The notes under the pieces: model-generated
What the model saw: only the letters and a program-made list of their open reading frames with translations
What the model was told of the DNA's origin: nothing
Database searches by the model: none
Program-made: the position numbers and the translations under genes
In this document: positions 14,247 to 27,408 of the stretch, piece after piece
Position numbering within the stretch: the first letter of the stretch is position 1
Layout of the letters: each line of letters begins with the position of its first letter
Source of the DNA: the human T2T-CHM13v2.0 reference genome, Homo sapiens
Direction: 5' to 3' (one strand)
Assembly (NCBI RefSeq): GCF_009914755.1
Contig: NC_060932.1
Length of the DNA stretch: 64,000 bases

Positions 14247-14473
14247 TACAGTATTTTGCTTTTCCATACCAATTCTAGTGAGAAGTTCACATTCTTAAAT
14301 TCCCAGTCAGCAACTGCATTTCTCCCCTCCAATGTCCTCTCCATGACTTATCTCTGAAGTTTCGAGCCAATGTTTAAAATGTACACTATTTACAAATGAA
14401 GTGTCCAAATGCCATATTCCCAGCTCTCCAGTCAGCAGGGGGACCCTTCTGAAGTGTTGTCATGTGCTGGGAT

Positions 14474-14563
14474 TCAGAACTTGAACAAGTTGATAAAGTC
14501 CTGGGGTGAAAGTGAAACGGAGCAGCTCTCTGGGTTATTGGCAGTGCACGGATGGTCAGTGCC
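14474..14563 (-). CDS. FBXO32: FBXO32 exon 9 coding part (90 nt; [29 protein letters not shown])
   Basis: Acceptor CAG|G; TGA at 14474-14476; total CDS 1068 nt. Confidence 0.97.
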   Translation of the reverse strand, partial: GTDHPCTANNPESCSVSLSPQDFINLFKF

Positions 14564-14681
14564 CTGGAAAGGAACACATGGTTAGCTTCAAGTTCTCAGA
14601 GGCCTCTCTTTGGCTTTTAGCACCATAAGGCATTTTCCAACTTCAAAGCAACAATTCTCTGTCAATAATGCCCCAGGCCTA

Positions 14682-15390
<709 letters not shown>

Positions 15391-15704
15391 ATAAGTCTGG
15401 AAAAACTAAAAGCTATGTGTTTCCATGTGTAAGTGTGTGTACCCGTACACACAGAGAGAGGAGGATTTAAGGGGGAGTGGGTGGAACGCAGAAAAAAGTA
15501 AACATAAGAAAGTGAAGAAAATGGAGGTCTATAAAAGTCCTTCCCCCCCACCCTCCCAGGCACTGAATCAGTTTACCCTCACTTTCAGCTGGGGGCTGTG
15601 ATGGGGAAGAGGCGGAAAGGCGCTGGCCTCACCATGCTGGCTGGCACTCTTGGCTCTTAGGGGCTGGGCTGGGGGTCTGTGGCAGCCACCTCTGAGACAC
15701 ATAC

Positions 15705-15848
15705 CTTCCAGGAAAGGATGTGACAGTGTTTGCAGAGCTGAAGGGTATCTCCATACTGCTCTTTCCTTGGGTAACATCGGACAAGTTTGAAATACATCTT
15801 CTTCCAATCCAGCTGCCCTTTGTCTGACAGAATTAATCGTTTGCGGAT
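15705..15848 (-). CDS. FBXO32: FBXO32 exon 8 (144 nt; [20 protein letters not shown]...[11 protein letters not shown])
   Basis: Acceptor TAG|A, donor AAG|GTATGT; basic clusters and a CxxC motif. Confidence 0.97.
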
Positions 15849-16469
15849 CTAAAAAATCAAATGAATAAAGGAAATGACAGGAGAGTTTGTCAAGAAGATG
15901 GCTTGTGGTTTTCCGGTTCTGAAAAGGTTTACTCTCACCCTTTCCCCCTCTTTTCAGCTCTACAATAGCCAGGAAGGAAAACTGTCACTATATAAAGAAG
16001 TACCTGCTTAGCTCTCCTCAGTTAAACAGTAGCTTTTAACCAAGCTTAAAAAACAACAACAACAACAAAAAAAAAACCAGGTGGCTGGTGACATGTTACT
16101 AGTGACCTTTACTCAACTGTGGCTGGATGGTCCTTTAAAGTTTAGGTGATCTCAGTAAACAACTTTAATCTTTTCTTTGCTGTAGACTTGAGTGATCATT
16201 TCCAGGGAGATGCAATAACTGCTTGGCACCAGGGCTCTATTTTATATCTAAATATTAGTGGCTTCACGAACAGAACTTGTTGAACTCACACATCCATATA
16301 AAGAAACTGGAAAAAGACCAACAAACTTGAGGCAGCATGATGAAGGGAAACAGGCTTGGAGTTGGTGTCTGAAGGCCCAAATTCAAGGTCAGGGCCAGTT
16401 TCCTCACCCAAAGAGCTACTTCACTAATTTGGATATGTCACTTAGCCATTTGTGGCTTTAGTCCCTTCA

Positions 16470-16886
<417 letters not shown>

Positions 16887-17036
16887 TTATTGTGTTATAG
16901 AAAAAAAGGATGGGTGCCAATTTATGATTTTTTTGAGTGAGTTGTAAAATGAGAATAGGTTAAGAATGTAAGTTTAATTTTTTCCATAAAAACTACCTGA
17001 AACACACACACACACAACATCTCTATTTAAAAACTC

Positions 17037-17340
<304 letters not shown>

Positions 17341-17492
17341 TCACAAAACTCCTTCAACTGTCATTTTTCAGTCAAACCAGGGAACCTGGAATAGGGGGAA
17401 CCCAGACCTCAGGCTTGAGCAGGGCACCAAGGAAGTTTGGGGTGAGGGCCAGAGAAGGAGGGTGGGAGGAAAGCCCACTGGGCCTTGCTGAC

Positions 17493-17675
17493 CTGCCGCT
17501 CGGAGAAGTGGTACTGGCAGAGTTTCTTCCACAGCAGCCGGTCTTCGCTGAGCACGTGCAGGTCGGGGGCAGCCTGGCCCAGGCTGACCAGGTCCCGCCC
17601 GTCGCTCAGCCTCTGCATGATGTTCAGTTGTAGGCACAAAGGCAGGTCAGTGAAGGTGAGGCCTTTGAAGGCAGG
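17493..17675 (-). CDS. FBXO32: FBXO32 exon 7 (183 nt; F-box, [23 protein letters not shown]...QYHFSERQ)
   Basis: Acceptor CAG|C, donor CAG|GTCAG; LP..L...I...L...DL..L F-box pattern in ORF 17409..17696. Confidence 0.97.
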
Positions 17676-18536
17676 CTGCAGAGAGAAGGGTGACAATAGG
17701 TGGGGGGGCCAGAGAGCAGCGATTCACCAGGCCACACCCTCCAGGCATGCAGCTGTGCCCGTCCTCCACCCTCAAGGCAGTTTATTGATAAGAGGTCGAA
17801 AGCAGTAGTAAATCTCCCCATCCTAAATGCAGACAGGAGACCATGGCCATGACCCTCAATGAAGTGTGGAGTGCGCTGAGCTGAGTGGTGCCAGAGGGAT
17901 CGCCCTACATTTCCAAAGCTTGAAACTTTCACTCTTAAAGACTCTCCAAATAGCGCATGTGCTTTACTCAGTTCACACAATTACAAGGTTCGCTGCTTTC
18001 CTGAAGGCCTCACTGCCCTGGATGGAGTGGCCCAGCCTGCCACCCCAAGTCCCATCTCTCTGGCCCCCCTCCAGACATCAGGTCCCTCCAAGTAGGTTTA
18101 CTCACTGGCACCTAAACACACCTGGCTCAGCCTGACCTCAATGCCTTCGCCTCCCCAGTCTTCTCTGCCCGGCCACGTGGTCATCCTGCTCAGATCCAGT
18201 TCAAACCTACTTCCTCTGAAAGGCCTTTTCTGTTTTTGTGACTCCCTTACTCACTGCACCTTCCTAGAATTCTTAGGATCTCTTTGAGACACATTTTGCA
18301 ATATCCTTCTTTTTGTCATGCAACATGAGCTTTTTTTCTAAAAGAAACTTTGAAAGGAACATTCTTGCTGGAACTTAAGCTCTATGAAGGAAGGAATTTT
18401 AATCTTTTTTCACTACTGTGTCCAGGGTGTCTACAAGAGTGCCCAGCACACAGAAGGTGCTCAACAAATACCTGTGGAATGAATGAAGCCCAAATAATTA
18501 AATAGGTAGAAAACAATAACACAGAGACTCTGTGCT

Positions 18537-18539
<3 letters not shown>

Positions 18540-18581
<42 letters not shown>
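18540..18581. repeat. (TG)n microsatellite, ~21 units
   Basis: Direct observation. Confidence 0.95.
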
Positions 18582-18584
<3 letters not shown>

Positions 18585-20518
18585 TGCACATTGGGAATGG
18601 CAGGTCCAGAAGCCTTTGGCCCAAGCTCCACCATCCCTTGAGACTTCTCTATTTCAACCGAGGCCTCCGTGGAGCATTGTGAAAACTGCTGGTCTGTGGA
18701 TGATACCTTGGCAATTAATGGCGAGCTTCTCCAAGAGCTTCTGGTACATCCCTGAACTTATTAATATATTTAAGCCTTTATTGTTTTAAATTTTGATGAG
18801 CTCATGATACCCTGCCCAGATCTACATCCTTGAAGGCAGGGTCTAATTTTATGTCCCTTGTAGACTAGCCCAGCACAAGCCACCTCTCCTGAGTGCCTAC
18901 TATGGCCTGGTGCTGAAGTGGCTGCACTGAGCTCTTCAGGCTGGTGAGAGACCCAGAGGCAGAAACAAATAATCATAAAATAATATGAAATAATACAGTA
19001 AACGCTGTCATGGAGGGAAGCACAAAGCGCTGTGGGAAGAATCTGCACCTGGGAATCCGCATATGTATTTGCTGATGTGTCTTGAACAGCAACAGGATGC
19101 TGCCATCCAGATAAGTCAATAGACCACCTGGGACTGCGGTTCCTTGTCCTGCCCCTGCTGGTTCTGGGTGAGCTCTTGATTTTGGACTACTCACATTTTT
19201 CCATCAATGTTCTGTGACCTCTGAGAGGTCACAGGGGAAAAATAATACAGGATGAAGAAACCCTTCCTTAGCTCAGGGGAAAATATCCTGAGAATGGGTA
19301 TCAATTTCCCTGCCCAAATTTTTACAGGAGCCAAACTCTGTACAAAGCACATCGAAGCCTAAACACATGGAGGATTCCAGGAGACACTAGGTCTGGGCAG
19401 TTCTCTCCTGTGTCCCCAGCAAGGCAGGGTAGGCACGAGGTGGGGAGGGAGCAGTGGCAAGGGGCCTTGGGAAGGCTAAGCTATGGAGAAGAATGGGAGG
19501 TGCAGGGGAGCAACATGGATGGACAGGCAGCACATCTGGATCCCAGCTCCCCTGGGAAGTCTCCCCATGTCCAAAATGAATGGCTTAGAAGACTCTGAAG
19601 ATCCCTTCCAGCTCCAACAATCTCAGATGTAGAAGGACTTCAGCCTCCTATTTCATTCAAAGTATCTATGACTTGACAATTTATACCGCTCGGTTCTACC
19701 CCAGGCTGCTGGGCAGAGCTCTCAATTGTTTGCAAACTTCAGGTCTTTGCCAACCGCAGAAGGCCCTAGACCTATTTATCGTTTATCATCTCCTGCTGAT
19801 CATATGAGCTAATAAAACTGCCATGAGATTTTCTTTTCGTTTCCAACACTTCAAAGCCTCTACTTTTTTGGTTAAAACTCCCAGGCCAATTATTACATTA
19901 ACTCCTATTAAAGGCAAGTCCACTTGGCAGGGTTCACTCTGTCAAATTTTCAAACCTGAACTTTTCCAAAATCCTTGCCCAGACCCCATGCTAAGCCCTT
20001 CCTCCTGATAAGTGGTTAACTGCTTACATGCCTCTTCCTTTCGAATATAAACGTATAAAAGAAAAATTAGTCACTCTCGCTCCTCTAGTCAAGCATTTGG
20101 CTAACATCCACTAGGGTCTATGTCACTCCTCACATGCTTCAAAACAGTGCCCTGCCCACCGCATACTGTCACTGTATTTGATTTTTTCCCCAAGACCCAG
20201 TTCTCTTAATTTGTTTCCTTCATTCTTTATTATATTAATTATTTTGCCAATAAAAATTGGCTCCATAGAATTAGATATAAAAATTTTGCAGGAAAACAAA
20301 ATTTTATGCTGGAAGGAGACTGACAGAACTTTGGCAAAATAGAAAGCATTTACTCTGAAAGTTGACTTTATATTTGCCTATAATAATGTACTTTTCTTTG
20401 GGCCAAACTGTTAAAAAAGTAAGTTTTAAAATACAGTCCAGACTGAAGTAATTAAGTCTTTTTTCTTTCTCTCTCTCTCAATTTCTCTTTCCTCTGCAGA
20501 GTTGAGCTTCTGTGTGGA

Positions 20519-20845
<327 letters not shown>

Positions 20846-21366
20846 GCCCTTTAAGGCTCCGTGGGTTCCAGTACAGCTCTCAATATAAGGAAGCTCAGAG
20901 CCAAGGAGGGTTGGGACAGAGGACAGTGGGAGGAAGGTACAGTGGTTGAAAGCACAGCCTCTGTGGACAGGCCTGGGTTCAGTTCTTGTGCCACATCCTA
21001 CTAAGCATGAGGCATCAGCCAAATTATTCTTAACTACTTGTTCTAATTGTTCTCATTTATAACATGAGAAAAAGCTTATCCTACATTGTTGCTGGGTGGG
21101 GCAGATGAGATAATACATAGAAGCACTCAGTACAGCGCCCAATAAATGCTAGCCACTGTGATGACTCCTATTTACAATTCTTCACTAGGTGAGTTAATTA
21201 ATACATGCAAAGGACTTAGAAGAAGGCCTGCACAGAGCCAGCCCTTAATAATAACAGCTGATACATTTACAATACTTACTGTGCATTAGGCACTGTGCCG
21301 TCTGCTTTCTATATGTTAACTTATTAAATCTCATACCATGGCTATGAGTTGACACTATTGCAACTA

Positions 21367-21718
<352 letters not shown>

Positions 21719-22574
21719 AATCCTACAGCTGGTAAATTATTATCATCATTCATAATACAGGGCCATGTTTTCCAATTGTGTTCCTTTGAACACTGAACGA
21801 GTACTCAGGCAGGCAATGGGAGGAGACTCCCTTTCAACCATTCATTCATTCAGCTCAGATTTACTGACTGTCTCCGGCTCTGTGCCAGGAACAGGGAATA
21901 GATGGGTAATGTCCTTTCTTTGTGGAGTTTATAAGCCCATGGACAGAGACAGAAAAGTGCACACACATTAGACAATTTCAGATCATAGCTGCTCGGAAGA
22001 AGGTGATATGATGGTGATGTCCATAGATTGGATGGTCAAAGAAGGCAGCAAGCTTCAAAGCCCTGAGGCAGGGCCAAGCTTGGAGTGTGCAGAGAATGGC
22101 TTGGCTCGGCTGGAGCTCCTCGTGCAGAAGAGATAGTGAGTGAACTTCAGTGTTTGATCTCTTCTTCATGGGATCTCATTGGATTAAAGAGAGTTTTTTA
22201 AAAAGCTGGATCATTGGATAAATAGTTGGAAGAAAGCTGGATTGAAAAAGTTTGGAAACCACTGATGTCAAGCAAGCTTTGCCATTTTAGGAATACGGAA
22301 TCCAAGGTTCTGGCCTCAGCTCTGGCCCTAAGTGCTGTGCATCGCTAAGAAAGTCACTGGGTGTCTCTGGTCCCCACTCCACCTCCACTCCAAGAGGGGT
22401 AACAACAGCTACAATAGCTAGCTCCGAAGAGTGTTTGTGGATGAGCTAAGGAGGGTTCTGAGCATGTGAGCCTATGGCAGTGCAGGGTATGTGGACAGAT
22501 GTGGCCAGGAGGGGTCCTTGGAAGTGGACAGAGGGAACAGAGGCAAGCTCCAGGCAAATGTGACCATCTAGAGG

Positions 22575-22877
22575 TTTTTTGTTTTTTTTTTTTTTCCTTG
22601 AGATGGAGTCTCAGTCTGTCACCCAGGCTGGTGAGCAGTGATCTTGGCTTACTGCAACCTTCAACTCCCAGGTTCAAGTGATTCTCCTGCCTCAGCCTCC
22701 CGAGTAGCTGGGACTACAGGTGTGTACCACCATGCCTGGCTAATTTTTGTATGTTTAGTAGAGATGGAGTTTCACAATGTTGGTCAGGCTGGTCTCGAAC
22801 TCCTGACCTCAAGTGATCTGCCTGCCTCGGCCTCCCAAAGTGCTGGGATTACAGACATGAGCCACTGCACCTGGCCA
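22575..22877 (-). mobile_element. Alu
   Basis: Reverse-complement Alu in intron 6. Confidence 0.92.
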
Positions 22878-24298
22878 ACTGTGATCGTCTAAATGGGTGT
22901 TCTGAAGTTGCTGAAGGGAAGTGCCCTTGGGACACATGGGACCCGCTTGTTTATATCACTGGCTGGACAGTTCTCTCCTGGCCTTAGAAAAATCCCAGTC
23001 AGTCAGTCCAGGCCATAGAGAATGCCAGAAACCAGGTAGAATGTGTATGTGGGTTTTCTGTGAGAGATAAGTTGGGAACTTGGGTCTCACATTCACATGG
23101 TCAGACTATCTGCCTACACTTGAGATGTGGGAATGGGGTAAATTATTAGAATAAATCAGGTAAATGTTCATAATAAATATGTACATTCTCTTAAAAAAAT
23201 CAAATACTTGAGATCATTTCTGAAAGATGACTTGCATCCGTGCTCTGCTCTGTGTGTGTGTCTGTGGGTGCAGCGTGTAGGTGTTGTAGCCTAAGTGGCT
23301 CTAAGGAAGTCACATACCTCTGAGCCTTCGAATGATTCTGTTTCACAGCTTAAAAAGTGCAGGTACAGAGACGTAATTACCAGTAAAGTCAGGAACATGC
23401 ATTTTGAAAACTTCATCTAGTAAAACAGTTATTTAAAAGAAGCCAAAGGATTTCTTCCTGCTACCTTCTCCTGATATGAGGCAACCTCAAACTTTATCAG
23501 TGTGGGTCCCGGAAACCACTTAAGCCAGTTACAGTCAGTGATGAGATAAATAAGCAAAGTGCTACATGAGCCGCCTGAGTGTGTCTGTCCTTTAGTGAGC
23601 CCTAAGAGATTACACCAGCGTCTTCCTCCCTTTTTTTTTTTTTTTTTTTCTTGTGCCTTGGTCCTCCTGCTCACTATTAGGAGGACAAGAGCTGAGGGCC
23701 AAGCTATGTTGTGAAAGCCAAAAGAAACAACTGCTATAGATCGCCAAACCTCACTGGTAATATACGGCTTTTCCTTTTTGCTTTGAGAATTGCTCATCAT
23801 TTTCCCACATGTAAGTTCACAGACTTTAATCAAAGGCTTCCTTTGTCATAACTACCAATAATCGGAACTAGGATTTTAAAAGGCTGGTACCAGTTCTCCA
23901 AGCTACTGCCTTCCCAGCTCTACTGTATTCAAGACAGCAACCTAAGGCTGCAAACAACTCATGCTTTAGGAGGAAATGAGCAAAGAGACATCTCTGAACC
24001 CCGCTAAAGATTTCAGCAGGATGGCCAGCATCTCCCCAAAAGCCAAGTTTCCAGCTTTCCCATAATAGTTCACCAGGCTGTCATCTTTCATGTACTTTGA
24101 TCCCGTTTTGCCAAGTTTTTCTTCCCACTTCCCTTTATCAGGAGGTCCCCCAGCCCACCCTCAGCACCAGAACAAAGCAGCAGATCAGAAAAGACCAGAC
24201 TCTTCCGTCACAGGAGTGAATTCAAAGTCTTGGCGAGTCTGTCCAGTATCCCTGTGGAGGGACCCACTGCCGGGAGGAGGCTGGGCCTGCCCGCTTAC

Positions 24299-24483
24299 CC
24301 TGGTGATCTGAATGTTGTTCAGCTGCTGCTGCCAGTGGAGAATCGTCTCCATCCGATACACCCACATGTTAATGTTCCCGACCAGCACAGACTTGCCGAC
24401 TCTTTGGACCAGTGTACATAAGGATGTGTAGAGGGTCTGGAGTAGTTCCCTTATTAGTCTAATGTTTTGCTGGTCTTCAAGGA
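24299..24483 (-). CDS. FBXO32: FBXO32 exon 6 (185 nt; [15 protein letters not shown]...LNNIQITR; leucine-rich region)
   Basis: Polypyrimidine tract plus AAG| acceptor, donor AGG|GTAAG; overlaps ORF 24185..24388. Confidence 0.97.
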
Positions 24484-25340
24484 CTTGAGTAGGGAAGAAA
24501 AAAATAATTAAAGTTATGATACTGGAACACCCTGTATTTTACACATGAGCTTGTCTCTGTCTGTATTCCACTCATGTTACCCAGGCACTGCCTCTGGGGA
24601 TATGGTTTTCTTCCTCACCAGTGTTTATTGTACGCTTGGCCAAGCTTCTGCACTTGAGGTTAAAGGGTAGAGTTTCCATTATCTAGGTCCCTCTTTGTTC
24701 TCTTCTCTCTCATTTTCTATAAAGCCTCTTTCTCTTTTCATTGTTCTCCCAGCAGCCATGGTTCACCTGATCAGAAAGCCACTCCTTTTGCCCAGAAGTG
24801 ACCCCGTTTAGGACAGTCAGTGGAAGGAGCATGGTTTCAGGGGTTTGGAGCCTGGGTTCTAATCCTGTCTGGCTGACTCTCTGTGTGATTATGGACAAAT
24901 CACTTCTCCTCATGGGCCTCAGTTTCACCATGTGTACAATGAGTCAGTTGAACCAGAGACCTAAGGTTCCTTCTAGCTCGAATAGTCTACGAATCTATTC
25001 TGACTTTGTACACATGTCGATTTTCTAGGAATTTGGGACCCGGAGGCTCGGTAGCCAGTGTTGGGACCTGTGTCTACACTGAGAAGCCTACGAGGCTTAT
25101 AGTAGGGCAAGTGGATGGTCCCAAAGAAAGGACAGGAGGGTGATGGTCTCACCCTTTGCCATGAGGATGAGTTGTACCCCTTTCCGAACTGGAATTTAGT
25201 GTCTCTAAAATGTAGCTGGAGTTATTCATTTCCATCCATTCACATGTCTTTAAGTCTAATGACACGTCCACTTCATTGGAAAATCCATCTGCCCACCTCC
25301 ATGCCTATAAAAAGGGGCGAGAGAGTGAGAGAAGGCTCAC

Positions 25341-25434
25341 CTTTCAGTACCACTTTTTCCAAAATATTCATGAAGTTCTTTTGGGCGATGCCACTCAGGG
25401 ATGTGAGCTGTGACTTTGCTATCAGCTCCAACAG
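25341..25434 (-). CDS. FBXO32: FBXO32 exon 5 (94 nt; [31 protein letters not shown])
   Basis: Acceptor CAG|C, donor AAG|GTGAG; phase 0-1. Confidence 0.97.
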
Positions 25435-26319
25435 CTGAGGATAAAAATAGAAGTTGCCAGGCTTAGAGTACAGAGATATTTTTCTCCTCTAATCTTCACT
25501 TTTGAGTCCCATGACACGTGGATACAGACTGACGGGGAGAGATAAATGGCAGGCAGGGCCACAATGCAATAAAAAGCAGATGCTCAGAGTGAAAGATAAA
25601 TGGGGTAATTCAAAACCCAGGATTGGGTTGAATATTTAATTGCTTTTCTTCTTTTAAATATAAAGAATTTTGGCTTCAGCCAGGGCTAATTCAATCTACT
25701 TGTCCTACTTCAGCAAGTGAAGCTGACGTACCCTGAAGGGAACAAAATCTCCCATGACCTGTGAATGGCTGAGTTCTGCAGAATCACCTCCCGGGGGAAT
25801 TCTTCTGCCCCCGCTTGAACTTCTTCCTTATTGGCACTGACTGCTCTCAAGGCACCTAAAGCCCATCTTCAGCAGCCATGTGCACTTTTTCCATGGAAGT
25901 GGAGAGTCTTATCCTGATACCTCCTGCTTCTGCAGTGTTCAATAAACATGTCTATTAATTAGACTCTTTCACTGCACTTACATTTCTGTAGAAAGACGCC
26001 AATCACAGGAAGAGAGAGAAATTCAGGGATGTATTTTATATGATGTCACTGTGGCTAAAAACTTGGATCCTTGTAGCTCTTGGCCTTAGATTCAGGTCTT
26101 GATTTGAACATGTATTAGCTCCGTGATGATGGGCAAGTTACTATATTTCTTGGTGCCCCACCCAGTTTGTTCATCTATACTAATAATATTTAGAGTCTTT
26201 AATACAAGGTTGAGTATTTAATACCTTTAATACAAGGTAGAGTCAATAATACAAGGTTGTTGTGAGTGATAATAGGAGAATGCACATAAAGCCCTCAGCA
26301 AGTACCTGGCACTAATTAG

Positions 26320-26692
<373 letters not shown>

Positions 26693-26812
26693 TAATTGCC
26701 AGACAAAAATAAATGAAGATAATAACTGAAGTTAGTGCGTACTTAGTCCAATCTTTTTTACCTTCTATAGCAAAATTCTTTACTGACATGGCAAGATTAA
26801 AAAACAAATAAA

Positions 26813-27158
<346 letters not shown>

Positions 27159-27381
27159 TTAAGAGACCATCTAGTTTAATCCACTTAACAGATGAGCAAA
27201 GCGAGGCTCAAGAGACCCACCTTATGAGCCACTCCACAACTAGTGAGGACTCAGCAGAGTCCTTCTCAACACAGGAAAATATCACACTTCATGCTTTCAA
27301 AGAGTTAACAAACAAAAGAGGTTGATATAAAGTGAAAGTAATTAACTTCACGAGAACCCACCAGGCCCCCAGAGAAAACTA

Positions 27382-27408
27382 TTAGGCTGGTGCAAAAGTA
27401 ATTGTGGT
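27382..27408 (+). mobile_element. Solo Hsmar1/MADE1 mariner terminal inverted repeat
   Basis: ta|ttaggctggtgcaaaagtaattgtggt versus consensus TTAGGTTGGTGCAAAAGTAATTGCGGT (2 mismatches). Confidence 0.8.

Larger units (their letters stand above)
8975..14473 (-). other. FBXO32: FBXO32 long 3'UTR (~5.5 kb)
   Basis: Almost repeat-free stretch between the stop codon and the distal AATAAA, in contrast to the Alu-dense flanks; consistent with the known long atrogin-1 mRNA. Confidence 0.8.

Noticed and set aside
14471-14476. Stop-codon readthrough or selenocysteine at the TGA
   Set aside because: The context TGA-ATC is not the TGA-CTA(G) readthrough motif, no SECIS is recognisable, and the terminal LFKF matches the known C-terminus.
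17368-17637. 89-aa alternative-frame ORF overlapping exon 7
   Set aside because: Non-ATG start in the middle of an internal exon and runs into the intron; no independent support.
24185-24298. 37-codon open extension of exon 6 into intron 6 as an alternative C-terminus
   Set aside because: The exon 6 donor is strong (AGG|GTAAG), an open stretch of this length is unremarkable, and I saw no adjacent poly(A) signal.
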